A stretch of DNA of 64,000 nt from Candidatus Enterousia sp. (GCA_045645065.1 JAZRIB010000010.1:12196-76195), one strand, 5' to 3'. Positions 1 through 10,138 are shown, counted from the first letter of the stretch. Numbers and translations are program-made. Notes: generated from the sequence alone by a model not told the origin.

Positions 1-391
1 TGCCCCGCCCCAGATTCATCAAAAATGTTTCAATCTGGTCATCTGCCTGGTGCGCCAACATCAGCGTATCAACGCCATTTTCATGACACCAATCCGTCAT
101 AAATTTATAGCGCGCATTGCGGGCAGCCGCTTCAAGACCAGTGGAGGGCTTATCACCATTCCAATAGAAAATTTTACATGGAACATGTAATTTTTGACAT
201 AAATCTGCAACATATTCGCTTTCTGTGTTTGCAACGGGGCGCAGACCATGATTCACATGCAATGCTGTGACATTCATTCCGCATTTTGCCAACCATACCA
301 ACAAGCATACAGAATCAACACCGCCACTGACAGCGACAGCAATCGGTTTGTCAGAATAATTGCGAATAAAATCTGTAAATTTATCATTCAT
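1..391 (-). CDS. tilS: tRNA(Ile)-lysidine synthase TilS, N-terminal part (gene runs off the left edge)
   Basis: Reverse-complement translation from ATG at 391 reads MNDKFTDFIRNYSDKPIAVAVSGGVDSVCLLVWLAKCGMNVTALHVNHGLRP...LMLAHQADDQIETFLMNLGRG. It has the PP-loop SGGxDS motif and the HQADDQxET block typical of TilS. It is absent from the ORF track because the window edge truncates it. Confidence 0.8.
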   Translation of the reverse strand, partial: MNDKFTDFIRNYSDKPIAVAVSGGVDSVCLLVWLAKCGMNVTALHVNHGLRPVANTESEYVADLCQKLHVPCKIFYWNGDKPSTGLEAAARNARYKFMTDWCHENGVDTLMLAHQADDQIETFLMNLGRG

Positions 392-437
392 TGTCTTGGT
401 ATTTTATGCTATAATTTTTGAAAATAAAGGAAAAAAA

Positions 438-989
438 ATGGGGAATTTTTTTAAGACCGTCGCGGTGTATTGTGGTCATCAGTTTGGTAATAATCCTGAA
501 TTTAATCGTGCCGCTATTGAAGTTGGAACAAAAATGGCACAAAATAACATCCAGATTGTTTTTGGCGGTGGAAATGTCGGCCTGATGGGGGCAATGTCAA
601 GTGCTGCAATTCGCGCAGGGGGACATGTAATTGGCGTATCAACAGATGACGTTATCGCACTGCAAGAACCAGCGCACCCAGAAATAGATGTCGAAATTGT
701 TGATGGGGTTAATGAACGTAAACAACGAATGTTCGAATTATCAGACGCTTTTATTATTATGCCGGGCGGTATTGGTACACTGAACGAATTAACAGATATT
801 ATGACAATGCAACAAATTGGTGAAACAAATAAACCATTATTCTTTTTGAACATTGATGATTTTTGGGTACCCTTTGGAAATTTGGTCAAACATATGATTG
901 ATTACGGTTTTGTTCCGTCTTTGACGCCATACAAAATATACAACGCAAATTCTGTTAACGAATTGATAAATATGATAATTTCAGCATAA
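438..989 (+). CDS. LOG family / TIGR00730 Rossmann-fold nucleotide hydrolase (cytokinin riboside 5'-monophosphate phosphoribohydrolase-like)
   Basis: GGGNVGLMG and PGGIGTLNEL motifs are present. I moved the start to ATG 438 (MGNFFKTVAVYCG), which follows a purine-rich stretch. The track ORF start at 360 would overlap the divergent tilS start. Confidence 0.85.
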   Translation: MGNFFKTVAVYCGHQFGNNPEFNRAAIEVGTKMAQNNIQIVFGGGNVGLMGAMSSAAIRAGGHVIGVSTDDVIALQEPAHPEIDVEIVDGVNERKQRMFELSDAFIIMPGGIGTLNELTDIMTMQQIGETNKPLFFLNIDDFWVPFGNLVKHMIDYGFVPSLTPYKIYNANSVNELINMIISA

Positions 990-1013
990 AAAAACCCGCA
1001 ATCGCGGGTTGTT
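990..1013. terminator. Bidirectional rho-independent terminator between convergent genes
   Basis: CCCGC-aatc-GCGGG hairpin flanked by an A-run upstream and a T-rich tract downstream. Confidence 0.6.
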
Positions 1014-1015
1014 TA

Positions 1016-3004
1016 TTACCATAATTTAACACGCTTGGCGGGCGATACATACATTTTATCACCCCGTTTGATTCCGAACGCTTCGTACCATGGGTCAATG
1101 TGAACCAGAATACCATTTACACGATTTTTACCAAGACTGTGTTCATCAACCTTGGTTAAACGCAATTCTTCGTCGGCACGAATGTTTTGCGCCCAGGCGC
1201 CTGCATACGCGATAAAGAAACGCATATCTGGCGTCAGCCCCCCAGATTCATTTGATGGCGTGCCAAAGTTTTTATATGCCGTGTATGCAATTGTTACACC
1301 ACCATAATCCGCCAGGTTTTCACCCAATGTAAATTCGCCGTTCGCGTTAACTTCGTCATTAATTTTGATTTTATCAAAGAATTGGCGCATAACCCGTGCA
1401 CGAACATCAAAGCGTGCAGCGTCTAGCAATGTCCACCAATCTTTCAAATTGCCGTCTTTGTCGAATTTACGTCCCATATCATCAAATCCATGCGTCATTT
1501 CGTGTCCAATTACCGCGCCAATCGAACCATAGTTAAACGCATCGTCGGCATTCATATCAAAGAATGGATATTGCAAAATTCCCGCCGGAAAACAGATTTC
1601 GTTCGTTGATGGGTCATAGTATGCATTTACTTCGTGTGCATTCATATACCAGATGCTGGGGTCTTTTTCTTGCCCTATTTTTGCCAGCCAAAATGCGTCT
1701 TCGAATTCAGATACATTTACCATATTGTCCCATAATGTTTTGTCTGGGTCGATTTTTAGTTTTGAATAATCGCGCCATTTGTCTGGATATCCAATTTTCG
1801 CCTTAAAGGTGGATAATTTTTCCAGTGCCTTTTGTTTTGTTTCATCCGACATCCAGCTCAAATTTTCAATACGCATCGCATATGCAGATTGCAGATTTTT
1901 TACCAATATTTCCATACGATGTTTTGCCGCTGCTGGGAAATACTTTTTCACATACAATTGCCCAATCAATTCACCCAACGCATCGTCCAGCATTGATACA
2001 GCACGTTTCCAGCGTGGTTTTGGTTCTTTCTGGCCAGCCATTGTACGGTTATAGAAATCAAAAGAAATTTCATATGTTGTATCGTCCAGTAATGATGCGG
2101 CCGAATTTGCAATACGATATTTCAGATACGTTTTGATTAATTCAAAATCAGTATCATTCATAATCGCGATTGATTCACGAATAGCGGTGGGCTGGTTTAT
2201 ATTAATATGCGTTGCAGCCGCCGCACCACGTGCGACCAAATATGTATCCCAATTAAATCCTGGGAATTCTTTTTTCACATCTGCCAATGTCATTTTGTGA
2301 TAATTTGCGTGCGGGTCGCGCAGGACTTCTTTGGTATGGAATGATTTTGCCATACGCTTTTCCAACGCATACAGTTTTTCTGCATCACCCGAAATACCAA
2401 AATTCTTTAATTGTTTGGCAATGTATTCTTTGTACGCCGCACGAATTTCGGCTGATTTTGTGTCATCGTCAAAATAGTAATCACGCGACAGACCGATGCC
2501 ACCCTGGCCAATGTTATAAAGATAGCGTGTTGAATCCATTTCATCCAATGCAACACCATCGCCCCAAAACGCAGATGAAAACGTATGCATTTTGCCCAGG
2601 TATTGTGGCAACTGTTCTGGATTTTGTAATTCATCAATTTCGGTCATATATTTTGCAACCGGTGTAACACAATCCGCATTGCGTTTTTCTGTGTTCATAA
2701 TAATTTTGTACAAAGCACCAATTTTACCATCATCTGTTTCGGCAATTTCACGTGTGCGTTCCAGATTCGTGTTACGCAAAACTTCAAATGCACCAAAGCG
2801 CGAATAGTCATCTGGAATCGGATTCGCATTGCGCCAACCACGTGTCGCATAGTCGTAAAAATCATCCCCCGGTTTTACCGTCATATCCATATTTTCTGTT
2901 TTGATACCAGCACTCATTTTCTTCTCCTTTGATGTTTGATATGCAACCAAGATTGCAATTAACACAGCAACAACGCCAATTATATTCCAAAATTTATGCT
3001 TCAT
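1016..3004 (-). CDS. M13 family zinc metallopeptidase (PepO / endothelin-converting-enzyme-like), membrane anchored
   Basis: 662 aa with an N-terminal TM anchor, an HEMTHGFD zinc motif (HExxH) and a downstream ENLADxGG block characteristic of neprilysin-family M13 peptidases. Confidence 0.9.
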   Translation of the reverse strand: MKHKFWNIIGVVAVLIAILVAYQTSKEKKMSAGIKTENMDMTVKPGDDFYDYATRGWRNANPIPDDYSRFGAFEVLRNTNLERTREIAETDDGKIGALYKIIMNTEKRNADCVTPVAKYMTEIDELQNPEQLPQYLGKMHTFSSAFWGDGVALDEMDSTRYLYNIGQGGIGLSRDYYFDDDTKSAEIRAAYKEYIAKQLKNFGISGDAEKLYALEKRMAKSFHTKEVLRDPHANYHKMTLADVKKEFPGFNWDTYLVARGAAAATHININQPTAIRESIAIMNDTDFELIKTYLKYRIANSAASLLDDTTYEISFDFYNRTMAGQKEPKPRWKRAVSMLDDALGELIGQLYVKKYFPAAAKHRMEILVKNLQSAYAMRIENLSWMSDETKQKALEKLSTFKAKIGYPDKWRDYSKLKIDPDKTLWDNMVNVSEFEDAFWLAKIGQEKDPSIWYMNAHEVNAYYDPSTNEICFPAGILQYPFFDMNADDAFNYGSIGAVIGHEMTHGFDDMGRKFDKDGNLKDWWTLLDAARFDVRARVMRQFFDKIKINDEVNANGEFTLGENLADYGGVTIAYTAYKNFGTPSNESGGLTPDMRFFIAYAGAWAQNIRADEELRLTKVDEHSLGKNRVNGILVHIDPWYEAFGIKRGDKMYVSPAKRVKLW

Positions 3005-3008
3005 TTTT

Positions 3009-4085
3009 TTACCCTGCGATTTTTACCAAGATATCGTCCAACACCAACATACCTGAACGTGTCACAGATATTCGATTGTCTTGTACCTGAATTAATTCTG
3101 GCATTTGGTGCACCGTGTCCATATTTATAACGCCTTTGACGTCGTCTGTCAATCGTGTTCCGCGCGTCGTGCGCAGACCTGTTATCAATTTTTCAATCGC
3201 ACGTGATTTAGCATCCAATGGCGCAAATAATTGACCGTCCCCCAGTTGCTCAAACCAGGTGCTGTTATGATAAACACGTCCTGCGGCACCGCGCCCCAAT
3301 CCGATATACGGCGCGCCGTCCCAAATATTTTCATTGTGTTGACAGTGCTTATCAGGTGTGGCGTAATTTGAAACCTCATACCGGGGCAGTTTTAATGTAT
3401 CCCCGATAGCGTTATACATATCAGCCATTTCATCATTCGTTGGCATCGTTGGATTTTCACGGCCGATTGGTGTATCGGGTTCAATCGTTAATTCATACAT
3501 CGAACAATGCTGCAAATCTAAATCGTTAATCTGGGCGCACGTATGAATAACATCTGATACAGTTTCATCGGGTAATCCGTATATAAAATCGCCAGACACA
3601 CGCAGCCCCAGTTTTTGTGCAGTCTGGATTGTTTTAATTGCGTCCAACGCGCTGTGACGACGCCCCAGGTACTTTAATTTTTCATCACTAAAACTTTGTA
3701 CACCAATACTGATACGATTTACACCAAACGATTGAAATTCACGCATTCGAGTTTCGTCAATCGTTCCAGGATTCGATTCCAGTGTAATTTCAGCACCATA
3801 CAAGACATCAAAACATTGATGAATTTTTGATATTATTTGTTCAAAACATCTGGTCGGCATCAACGATGGTGTGCCACCGCCCAAAAATACAGTCGGCACA
3901 GATACGCGCCCCAATAAACGCGCCCAATGTTCGATTTCACTAATTATCTTGTTTGTGTATGCACCCCAGTCTGGATTTGCGCACGCGTGCGAAAAAAACG
4001 CACAATATCGGCATTTAGACATACAAAACGGTACATGAATATATATGTTGTGTGGATTGTCCATAAACTGCATTGTACAAAACAC
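3009..4085 (-). CDS. hemW: Radical SAM heme chaperone HemW (oxygen-independent coproporphyrinogen-III oxidase-like)
   Basis: YIHVPFCMSKCRYCAF (CxxxCxxC radical SAM cluster) lies near the N-terminus, and length and layout fit HemW/HemN-like proteins. The start is uncertain: GTG 4085, ATG 4073 or ATG 4064. Confidence 0.85.
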   Translation of the reverse strand: MFCTMQFMDNPHNIYIHVPFCMSKCRYCAFFSHACANPDWGAYTNKIISEIEHWARLLGRVSVPTVFLGGGTPSLMPTRCFEQIISKIHQCFDVLYGAEITLESNPGTIDETRMREFQSFGVNRISIGVQSFSDEKLKYLGRRHSALDAIKTIQTAQKLGLRVSGDFIYGLPDETVSDVIHTCAQINDLDLQHCSMYELTIEPDTPIGRENPTMPTNDEMADMYNAIGDTLKLPRYEVSNYATPDKHCQHNENIWDGAPYIGLGRGAAGRVYHNSTWFEQLGDGQLFAPLDAKSRAIEKLITGLRTTRGTRLTDDVKGVINMDTVHQMPELIQVQDNRISVTRSGMLVLDDILVKIAG

Positions 4086-4163
4086 ATCAAAACCTGCAAG
4101 AAATAAATGAAAATACTTTTTATGCGATTGTTTTTATGATATAATAAAATCACGAATATTAGA

Positions 4164-5624
4164 ATGAGAAAGGGCGTAATTTCATTTTTATCGCTGATTT
4201 TAGCACCTGTTGTGGCATCTGCCGCAAATGAGGGGGTGCCGTCATATTATCAAACGGAACGCGCAGCAACCGCCAATCAGGTTGGGTATAACCAGTATGC
4301 ATCCCAAGGATATACCAAGTATGTCGGGACATCGGGTAATAAACAAGCCGTGGGTTCACGCACATATTCATACCAGGTTCCACGTGTACCACAATATACA
4401 GCGCAACCGATTGGTGTAATGACTACAAACGGGATTGCGTTGCCTGCACAAAACGAACTTGCAACATCTGTTTATGCCGGATACACCCGCAGATTTGCAG
4501 ACTTTGAATTTGAAACTGGTGTAAATTCTATTCTGGAATGGGACGACATGGTGATTAACGAAATCACAGTTGGCGCCCGCCATAATTTTAGTTTGCGTGA
4601 TTTTGATTTGTCTGTGCATGGTGAATATTCATATGGGGAAGTGTCGCATGGCGGTCTGTCAATGGATTATGATTTGAAACCGTTTGATTCAAACGATCCT
4701 GCGTATGGTATATTCACGATTTCAATGGGGGAATTGTCTGGACGTACAAATCATTTTCGTTTTGGTTTGACTGCACATCACGCATGGGATATCGCAGGAT
4801 GGAAATTATCACCAACGATTGGATATGAAATATTTAAGCACAACTTGGAAATGGATGACCATTACTATCCAAATCCTGGGGTTTATTTGCCATTGATGAC
4901 CAAGTGGGGAAATTATGTTTATGGCGATGTCGATGGAAACTATTACAGTGTTCCGGTTGGCGGAACGCCACAATCTGATTGGTACCAGGTATGCATGTCA
5001 CCAGAAGATATAAAAGTTGTACAAACAGAAATTCAAGGTGCAGGAAATCTGGGAACTGATTTGGGTGTGGGCGACTATGACCCCGCGATGGGATATTTGC
5101 CATGGGGTGTCGGCCCAGGCGAATGTGTTATTATTGGTGGCGACGGCCCAATCGTAGTTAGCGGCACAACACATATATACAATACAACATGGTCTGGGTT
5201 CTATGTCGGTTTAGAAGTCGAAAAACAAATGACACTGAACGACAAATTACGTATGTATGTTCAGTTTGGTTTGCCAAAATATTCATCCGAAGGAATATGG
5301 CCAAATCGTACAGATTGGCAACAAAACCCAAGTTTCTTGGACGAAGGGGATAACGGCTCTTATTCTTATCAAGCAGAAATTGAATACAATTACAAATTAA
5401 ACGACAGACTGCAATTAGCATTGCGTGCCGATACAAACTGTTTCCATGTTGGCGAAATTCCAGGCGAATTATATATCGCGGGCTCTTACCAATATGTTGA
5501 ACAAGAAGACGGCACAATCATAATAGAAGAAACTGCGCCATATACAGAATACGTCAGTAATTCTTTGAAACGCGCCACATGGCAATCATTTGGATTACAT
5601 ATTGGTGTCAAATATTCTTTCTAG
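4164..5624 (+). CDS. Uncharacterised outer-membrane beta-barrel protein
   Basis: It has a signal peptide (MRKGVISFLSLILAPVVASA/ANE), alternating amphipathic strands and a C-terminal aromatic signature ...HIGVKYSF. A Tyr/Gln/Asn-rich N-terminal extension precedes the barrel. I cannot name a family. Confidence 0.6.
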   Translation: MRKGVISFLSLILAPVVASAANEGVPSYYQTERAATANQVGYNQYASQGYTKYVGTSGNKQAVGSRTYSYQVPRVPQYTAQPIGVMTTNGIALPAQNELATSVYAGYTRRFADFEFETGVNSILEWDDMVINEITVGARHNFSLRDFDLSVHGEYSYGEVSHGGLSMDYDLKPFDSNDPAYGIFTISMGELSGRTNHFRFGLTAHHAWDIAGWKLSPTIGYEIFKHNLEMDDHYYPNPGVYLPLMTKWGNYVYGDVDGNYYSVPVGGTPQSDWYQVCMSPEDIKVVQTEIQGAGNLGTDLGVGDYDPAMGYLPWGVGPGECVIIGGDGPIVVSGTTHIYNTTWSGFYVGLEVEKQMTLNDKLRMYVQFGLPKYSSEGIWPNRTDWQQNPSFLDEGDNGSYSYQAEIEYNYKLNDRLQLALRADTNCFHVGEIPGELYIAGSYQYVEQEDGTIIIEETAPYTEYVSNSLKRATWQSFGLHIGVKYSF

Positions 5625-5649
5625 GACAATTTGATAAAAAGGGCATTAT

Positions 5650-6717
5650 ATGAATTTGAAATATTTTGTCCGCGTATGCGGTGTTGCGATGCTGATTTTA
5701 TCCCCGTTTGCATCATACGGGGCCGATGCCGGCACATTCGATTTAGACCGCTGGTATACCGTACTTGACAACGTACGCGCACGCGCATCAGCAGATGGTG
5801 TTTCTGAAAGCGTCATAAACAACACCTTACGCACACCAGCATTTATTCCATCTATTGTAAAAAGCGATAAAAACCAAGCAGAATTCAAATTGACACTGGA
5901 CGAATATCTGGAACGAACAGTTAATCAAAAACGCATACAAAACGGTCGAAAATTGCGTAACAAGTATCCAACAATGTTATCGCGCGTTGAAAATAAATAC
6001 GGCGTTCAACCGCATGTGATTTTAGCGTTCTGGGGGATGGAATCAAATTATGGTGCTGTCAAAGCACGACATCAATTAACCGATGCTTTTTTAACACTAA
6101 TGTATGATGGGCGTCGTGAAAAATTCTTTGGAAATCAATTACACGCTTTGATGAAAATCGCAGATAAAAACAAATTAGATATAAACGAAATTCATGGTTC
6201 TTGGGCGGGGGCAATGGGACATTTCCAATTTATACCAACAACACTGGCGCAATACGGCGTTGATGGAAATGGCGACGGACGTGTTGATATTATAAACAGT
6301 ATTGGTGACGCAATGTTCAGCGCAGGAAACTATCTTAGCAAACTGGGGTGGAATCAAAATGAACGAATTGTGCGACATGTTATATTGCCCGCTGATTTTG
6401 ATACAACACTGTTGGATGGAAAAACTAAATTATCATTACCAGAATGGTCTGCAATGGGGGTTACAAACCCAGACGGGACACCAATTCCACAAAATGATAT
6501 GATTGCCGGTCTGGTTGCAGATGTCGCACCGATAGATGCACAACGCGCACAAATCATAGCAGACGCCACCGCAACACAATCCCCAGATACAGATATTGCA
6601 CCACAACCTGTAATTAATGCATATTTAACATACCCTAATTTTTACAGAATAAAAAAGTGGAATAATTCAAATTGGTATGCGATTGCGATTGCAATGCTGG
6701 CCGATAAATTAAAATAA
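5650..6717 (+). CDS. Lytic murein transglycosylase (MltB/Slt35-like family)
   Basis: Signal peptide; the FWGMESNYG and GAMGHFQFIPTT blocks are typical of MltB-type lytic transglycosylases. Confidence 0.85.
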   Translation: MNLKYFVRVCGVAMLILSPFASYGADAGTFDLDRWYTVLDNVRARASADGVSESVINNTLRTPAFIPSIVKSDKNQAEFKLTLDEYLERTVNQKRIQNGRKLRNKYPTMLSRVENKYGVQPHVILAFWGMESNYGAVKARHQLTDAFLTLMYDGRREKFFGNQLHALMKIADKNKLDINEIHGSWAGAMGHFQFIPTTLAQYGVDGNGDGRVDIINSIGDAMFSAGNYLSKLGWNQNERIVRHVILPADFDTTLLDGKTKLSLPEWSAMGVTNPDGTPIPQNDMIAGLVADVAPIDAQRAQIIADATATQSPDTDIAPQPVINAYLTYPNFYRIKKWNNSNWYAIAIAMLADKLK

Positions 6718-6786
6718 ATTAAACATTTACAATTGAATCTTTCTTTGATATTCTTGACTATATAGATTTATATAAAGGATATATTT

Positions 6787-7743
6787 ATGGCTATTAAAGT
6801 ACGTGATTACGAAGTACGTTTAACAAGAAATAAAGAAGAACGAAAACAAGTACGACAATTACGATACAAAGTATTCGTAGAAGAAGAAGGCGCAGGTGTC
6901 ACAGATGAACAACGTGCACTGGGCGAAGAATACGATGCATACGACAGATTTGCTGAATACATGGCGGTTTTCCACCAAGGACGTGTTGTTGGAACATATC
7001 GCATCATAGACCGGAACGCAGCCGAAAAAATGGGCGGCTTTTATACAGAAAATGAATTTAATATTTCCAAGATAAAAAAATATCATGGTAATATTGCAGA
7101 AATGTCACGTGCATGCGTCGATCCAGCATATCGTGAAAATGCACTGGTAATGCGTATGTTATGGGCGGGATTGGGTGAATATATTGTCCGCCGTAAAATC
7201 GGTGTTTTATTCGGCGTTGCATCATGGGTTGGCACAAAGCCTGCCAAATCTGCCCAGGCGATATCATACTTGTATTACAATCATTTGTCACCAACACGCC
7301 TGCGGGCGGTGGTGGCATCTGAAAAATTTGCAGATGGTGTAAACCCTAAATTATCACGCATGAACATATTGCCACCTGAATTTGTTGATGAAATGGACGC
7401 TAAACGTGAAATGACCCCATTGATAAAAGGATATTTGCGATTGGGTGCTTCGTTTGGTAAAGGGGTGTTTGTTGACACTGCGTTCAATTCATACGATGTT
7501 TTTGTTATGATGGAAACGCGTAAAATGGACGCAACATATCAGAAACACTTCTTGGGACGTGCAAACGCATTAGGAACACCAGAAGATGACAAAGACGGCA
7601 TCATCAAAACTATTGGTAAAATCGTTACTTTTCCGGTTACAGGGCCATTAAAAGTTATGCGTGCATTTGTTGAATTCTTGTTGCACGAAGATGCCGCAGA
7701 TGCAGAATTCGTTGAAGATGCAGAAAAAAACGAAGAAGAATAA
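6787..7743 (+). CDS. olsB: GNAT-type lyso-ornithine lipid synthase OlsB-like N-acyltransferase
   Basis: YEVRLTRNKEERKQVRQLRYKVFVEEEGA...YDAYDRFAEYMAVF...VVGTYRII matches the hemolysin-like GNAT (OlsB) pattern. An acyltransferase gene follows immediately, as in olsBA operons. Confidence 0.75.
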   Translation: MAIKVRDYEVRLTRNKEERKQVRQLRYKVFVEEEGAGVTDEQRALGEEYDAYDRFAEYMAVFHQGRVVGTYRIIDRNAAEKMGGFYTENEFNISKIKKYHGNIAEMSRACVDPAYRENALVMRMLWAGLGEYIVRRKIGVLFGVASWVGTKPAKSAQAISYLYYNHLSPTRLRAVVASEKFADGVNPKLSRMNILPPEFVDEMDAKREMTPLIKGYLRLGASFGKGVFVDTAFNSYDVFVMMETRKMDATYQKHFLGRANALGTPEDDKDGIIKTIGKIVTFPVTGPLKVMRAFVEFLLHEDAADAEFVEDAEKNEEE

Positions 7744-7746
7744 GTT

Positions 7747-8571
7747 ATGGCAAAAGCAAAGTTACGCAAACAAAATATATTCAACACAACAACCGCCGCG
7801 ATTAAGTTTATTGCATTCTGGATAATGGTTATTATTCAGATTCCAATTATCGCGATTCTGCCACGTCGTATCGGCGTACGCTATATGCCGGTGTTTATGT
7901 GGGTGTTGGTAAAACTGGGCGGAATCAAGGTTGTTGTTCATGCAAAACTGTCGGACAAACGTCCGTTAATGATTGTATCAAACCATATATCTGTGTTTGA
8001 AATTGCAACATTCCCATTTGTCTTTCACGGCAGTTTTGTTGCAAAAAAAGAAATGGAAAATTGGCCGTTGGTTGGATGGGTCGCCAAAAAGTTTGGTGTA
8101 ATTTTTGTCGACCGTCGTCCTTCGCATGCCCAAGACGCATTAGCGGTTGTGCAAAAGGCGGTTCAAAGCGTTAAATACCCAATGATTGTGTTTCCAGAAG
8201 GAACAACAACCAATGGCGCGTATGTTAAACCATTCAAAAGTACACTGTTTAATTTTGTTGAGAATTCAAATATAACAGTGCAACCTGTGGCAATGCATTA
8301 TCGCTATAAAGACGGCAGTGTGATTGACGATCAAACGATGGCGGATCACTTTGCATACTTTGATAACAAAAAAATGGATATGGGGCCAAAATGCAAACGT
8401 GAACGCAGTGCATTCGGCCAAGTATTTCATATTATGATGCTGGGCGGATTTATGGTTGAAATCACATTATTGCCGCCACCACCCCTGGGGGGGTTAAACA
8501 GAAAAGAAATCGCAGAGGTACTGCAAAAACAAGTATCTGATAAATATATGGAATTAAAAGATAAGAAATAA
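7747..8571 (+). CDS. olsA: Lysophospholipid / lyso-ornithine-lipid O-acyltransferase (PlsC family, OlsA-like)
   Basis: N-terminal TM segments; an NHISVFE block (HX4D-type motif with Glu in place of Asp) and an FPEGTTTNG block of the PlsC acyltransferase family. It starts 4 nt after the olsB-like gene. Confidence 0.7.
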   Translation: MAKAKLRKQNIFNTTTAAIKFIAFWIMVIIQIPIIAILPRRIGVRYMPVFMWVLVKLGGIKVVVHAKLSDKRPLMIVSNHISVFEIATFPFVFHGSFVAKKEMENWPLVGWVAKKFGVIFVDRRPSHAQDALAVVQKAVQSVKYPMIVFPEGTTTNGAYVKPFKSTLFNFVENSNITVQPVAMHYRYKDGSVIDDQTMADHFAYFDNKKMDMGPKCKRERSAFGQVFHIMMLGGFMVEITLLPPPPLGGLNRKEIAEVLQKQVSDKYMELKDKK

Positions 8572-8595
8572 AATTAAGATAAAGAGATAGTAAAA

Positions 8596-10032
8596 ATGAA
8601 AACTGCAATAACACCAACACGCGCTGAAAATTTTAGCGAGTGGTACCAGAATTTAATCGTAGCCGCCGATTTGGCAGAAAACGCACCTGTACGTGGTTGT
8701 ATGACAATCAAACCATACGGTTGGGCAATTTGGGAATTGATGCGTGATGAAATGGACAGACGTATCAAAAAACACGGCGTACAAAACGCGAACTTTCCAT
8801 TGCTGATACCGATTGAATTCTTTAACAAAGAAGCACAACACGTTGACGGATTTGCAAAAGAATCTGCGGTTGTTACGCATCATCGCTTAAAAATGATTGA
8901 TGGAAAATTACAGCCAGACCCAGAATCAAAATTAACAGAACCATACATTATTCGCCCAACATCTGAAACTATTATTGGCGAAGCAATGTCACGCTGGGTT
9001 CAAAGTTATCGCGATTTGCCAATGAAATTGAATCAGTGGGTAAACGTAATGCGTTGGGAAATGCGTCCACGTATGTTCTTGCGTACGTCTGAATTCAACT
9101 GGCAAGAAGGGCATAACGTTTTCGCAACACACCAAGAAGCCAATGCAGACGCACGTAAAATGCATAAAATGTATGGCGATTATATGCGTGAAATTTTGGC
9201 AATCCCATCAATTATGGGCGAAAAAACCCCCGAAGAACGCTTTGCGGGCGCAGATCACACATACACCCTGGAACACATCATGCAGGACGGCAAAGCATTA
9301 CAGGCCGGTACATCACATGATTTGGGTCAGCATTTTTCAAAGTCTTTTGGAATTCAATTCTTAGGCACAGACGGTAAATTACAGCACGCTTGGACGACAT
9401 CTTGGGGAACAACAACACGTATGATGGGGTCTATGTTCATGGTACATTCAGATGATGATGGACTGATTTTACCACCGGCGGTTGCGCCATACCAGGTTGT
9501 AATTATCCCGATTACTCGTGAAGATACTGCTGAAAAATTAAATTCGTATGCAGAAGAACTGGGTGAAAAATTGCGTTACACAGGAATTCGTGTATTGGTC
9601 GATACATCTGATATGCGCGCCCCAGACAAAATGTGGAAATGGATTAAACGCGGTGTACCATTACGTGTTGAAATTGGCGCACGTGAAATGGAATCTGGAA
9701 CGGTAACAATTACACGTCGTGATATCGGAAAAGATTCTAAGCGCACAATTACAACTGATGAATTAGTCGCAACGGCAAATGATATTATGCGCCAGATTCA
9801 CGATGATATGGTTGCACGCGTTGAAAAACGTAACGCAGAAATGATTCATGATGTTTCGGATTTAGATGCGTTGGATTCTGCATTGGCGAATGGTCAAATT
9901 GGATTTTTCCGTATCAAGTACGAAATGACAACAAATGAAAAGTTTGATGCATTGATGGACAAATATAAAATTACACGTCGGTGTCTGGACGACAACGACC
10001 CAACATATGTATTTGTTGCAAAGTCATATTAA
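8596..10032 (+). CDS. proS: Proline--tRNA ligase, archaeal/eukaryote-like (Thermus-type) architecture
   Basis: 478 aa. FSEWYQNLIVAADLAE..PVRGCMTIKPYGWAIWE, RPTSETIIG and WEMRPRMFLRTSEFNWQEGH (class II motifs) are present. The C-terminal domain ends ...YVFVAKSY with a terminal Tyr, as in Thermus/archaeal-type ProRS. Confidence 0.95.
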   Translation: MKTAITPTRAENFSEWYQNLIVAADLAENAPVRGCMTIKPYGWAIWELMRDEMDRRIKKHGVQNANFPLLIPIEFFNKEAQHVDGFAKESAVVTHHRLKMIDGKLQPDPESKLTEPYIIRPTSETIIGEAMSRWVQSYRDLPMKLNQWVNVMRWEMRPRMFLRTSEFNWQEGHNVFATHQEANADARKMHKMYGDYMREILAIPSIMGEKTPEERFAGADHTYTLEHIMQDGKALQAGTSHDLGQHFSKSFGIQFLGTDGKLQHAWTTSWGTTTRMMGSMFMVHSDDDGLILPPAVAPYQVVIIPITREDTAEKLNSYAEELGEKLRYTGIRVLVDTSDMRAPDKMWKWIKRGVPLRVEIGAREMESGTVTITRRDIGKDSKRTITTDELVATANDIMRQIHDDMVARVEKRNAEMIHDVSDLDALDSALANGQIGFFRIKYEMTTNEKFDALMDKYKITRRCLDDNDPTYVFVAKSY

Positions 10033-10059
10033 AAATTCCCCCAATCGGGGGATTTTTTT
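10031..10059 (+). terminator. Rho-independent terminator after proS
   Basis: TCCCCC-aatc-GGGGGA hairpin followed by a T7 run. Confidence 0.7.
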
Positions 10060-10138
10060 GCATTGATGAAAAAATCATTTCCACAAGTTTTGTTTTTTGT
10101 ATATCATAGGACGAAAAGTATTTATCAAAGGATGGAAT

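Noticed and set aside
4164-5624. Possible omptin (A26 outer-membrane protease) relationship, from a GELSGRT segment and the C-terminal strand pattern.
   Set aside because: I could not align the two catalytic Asp pairs or the Asp-His dyad of OmpT/Pla by eye. The resemblance may be generic barrel periodicity, so I kept the call as an uncharacterised barrel.
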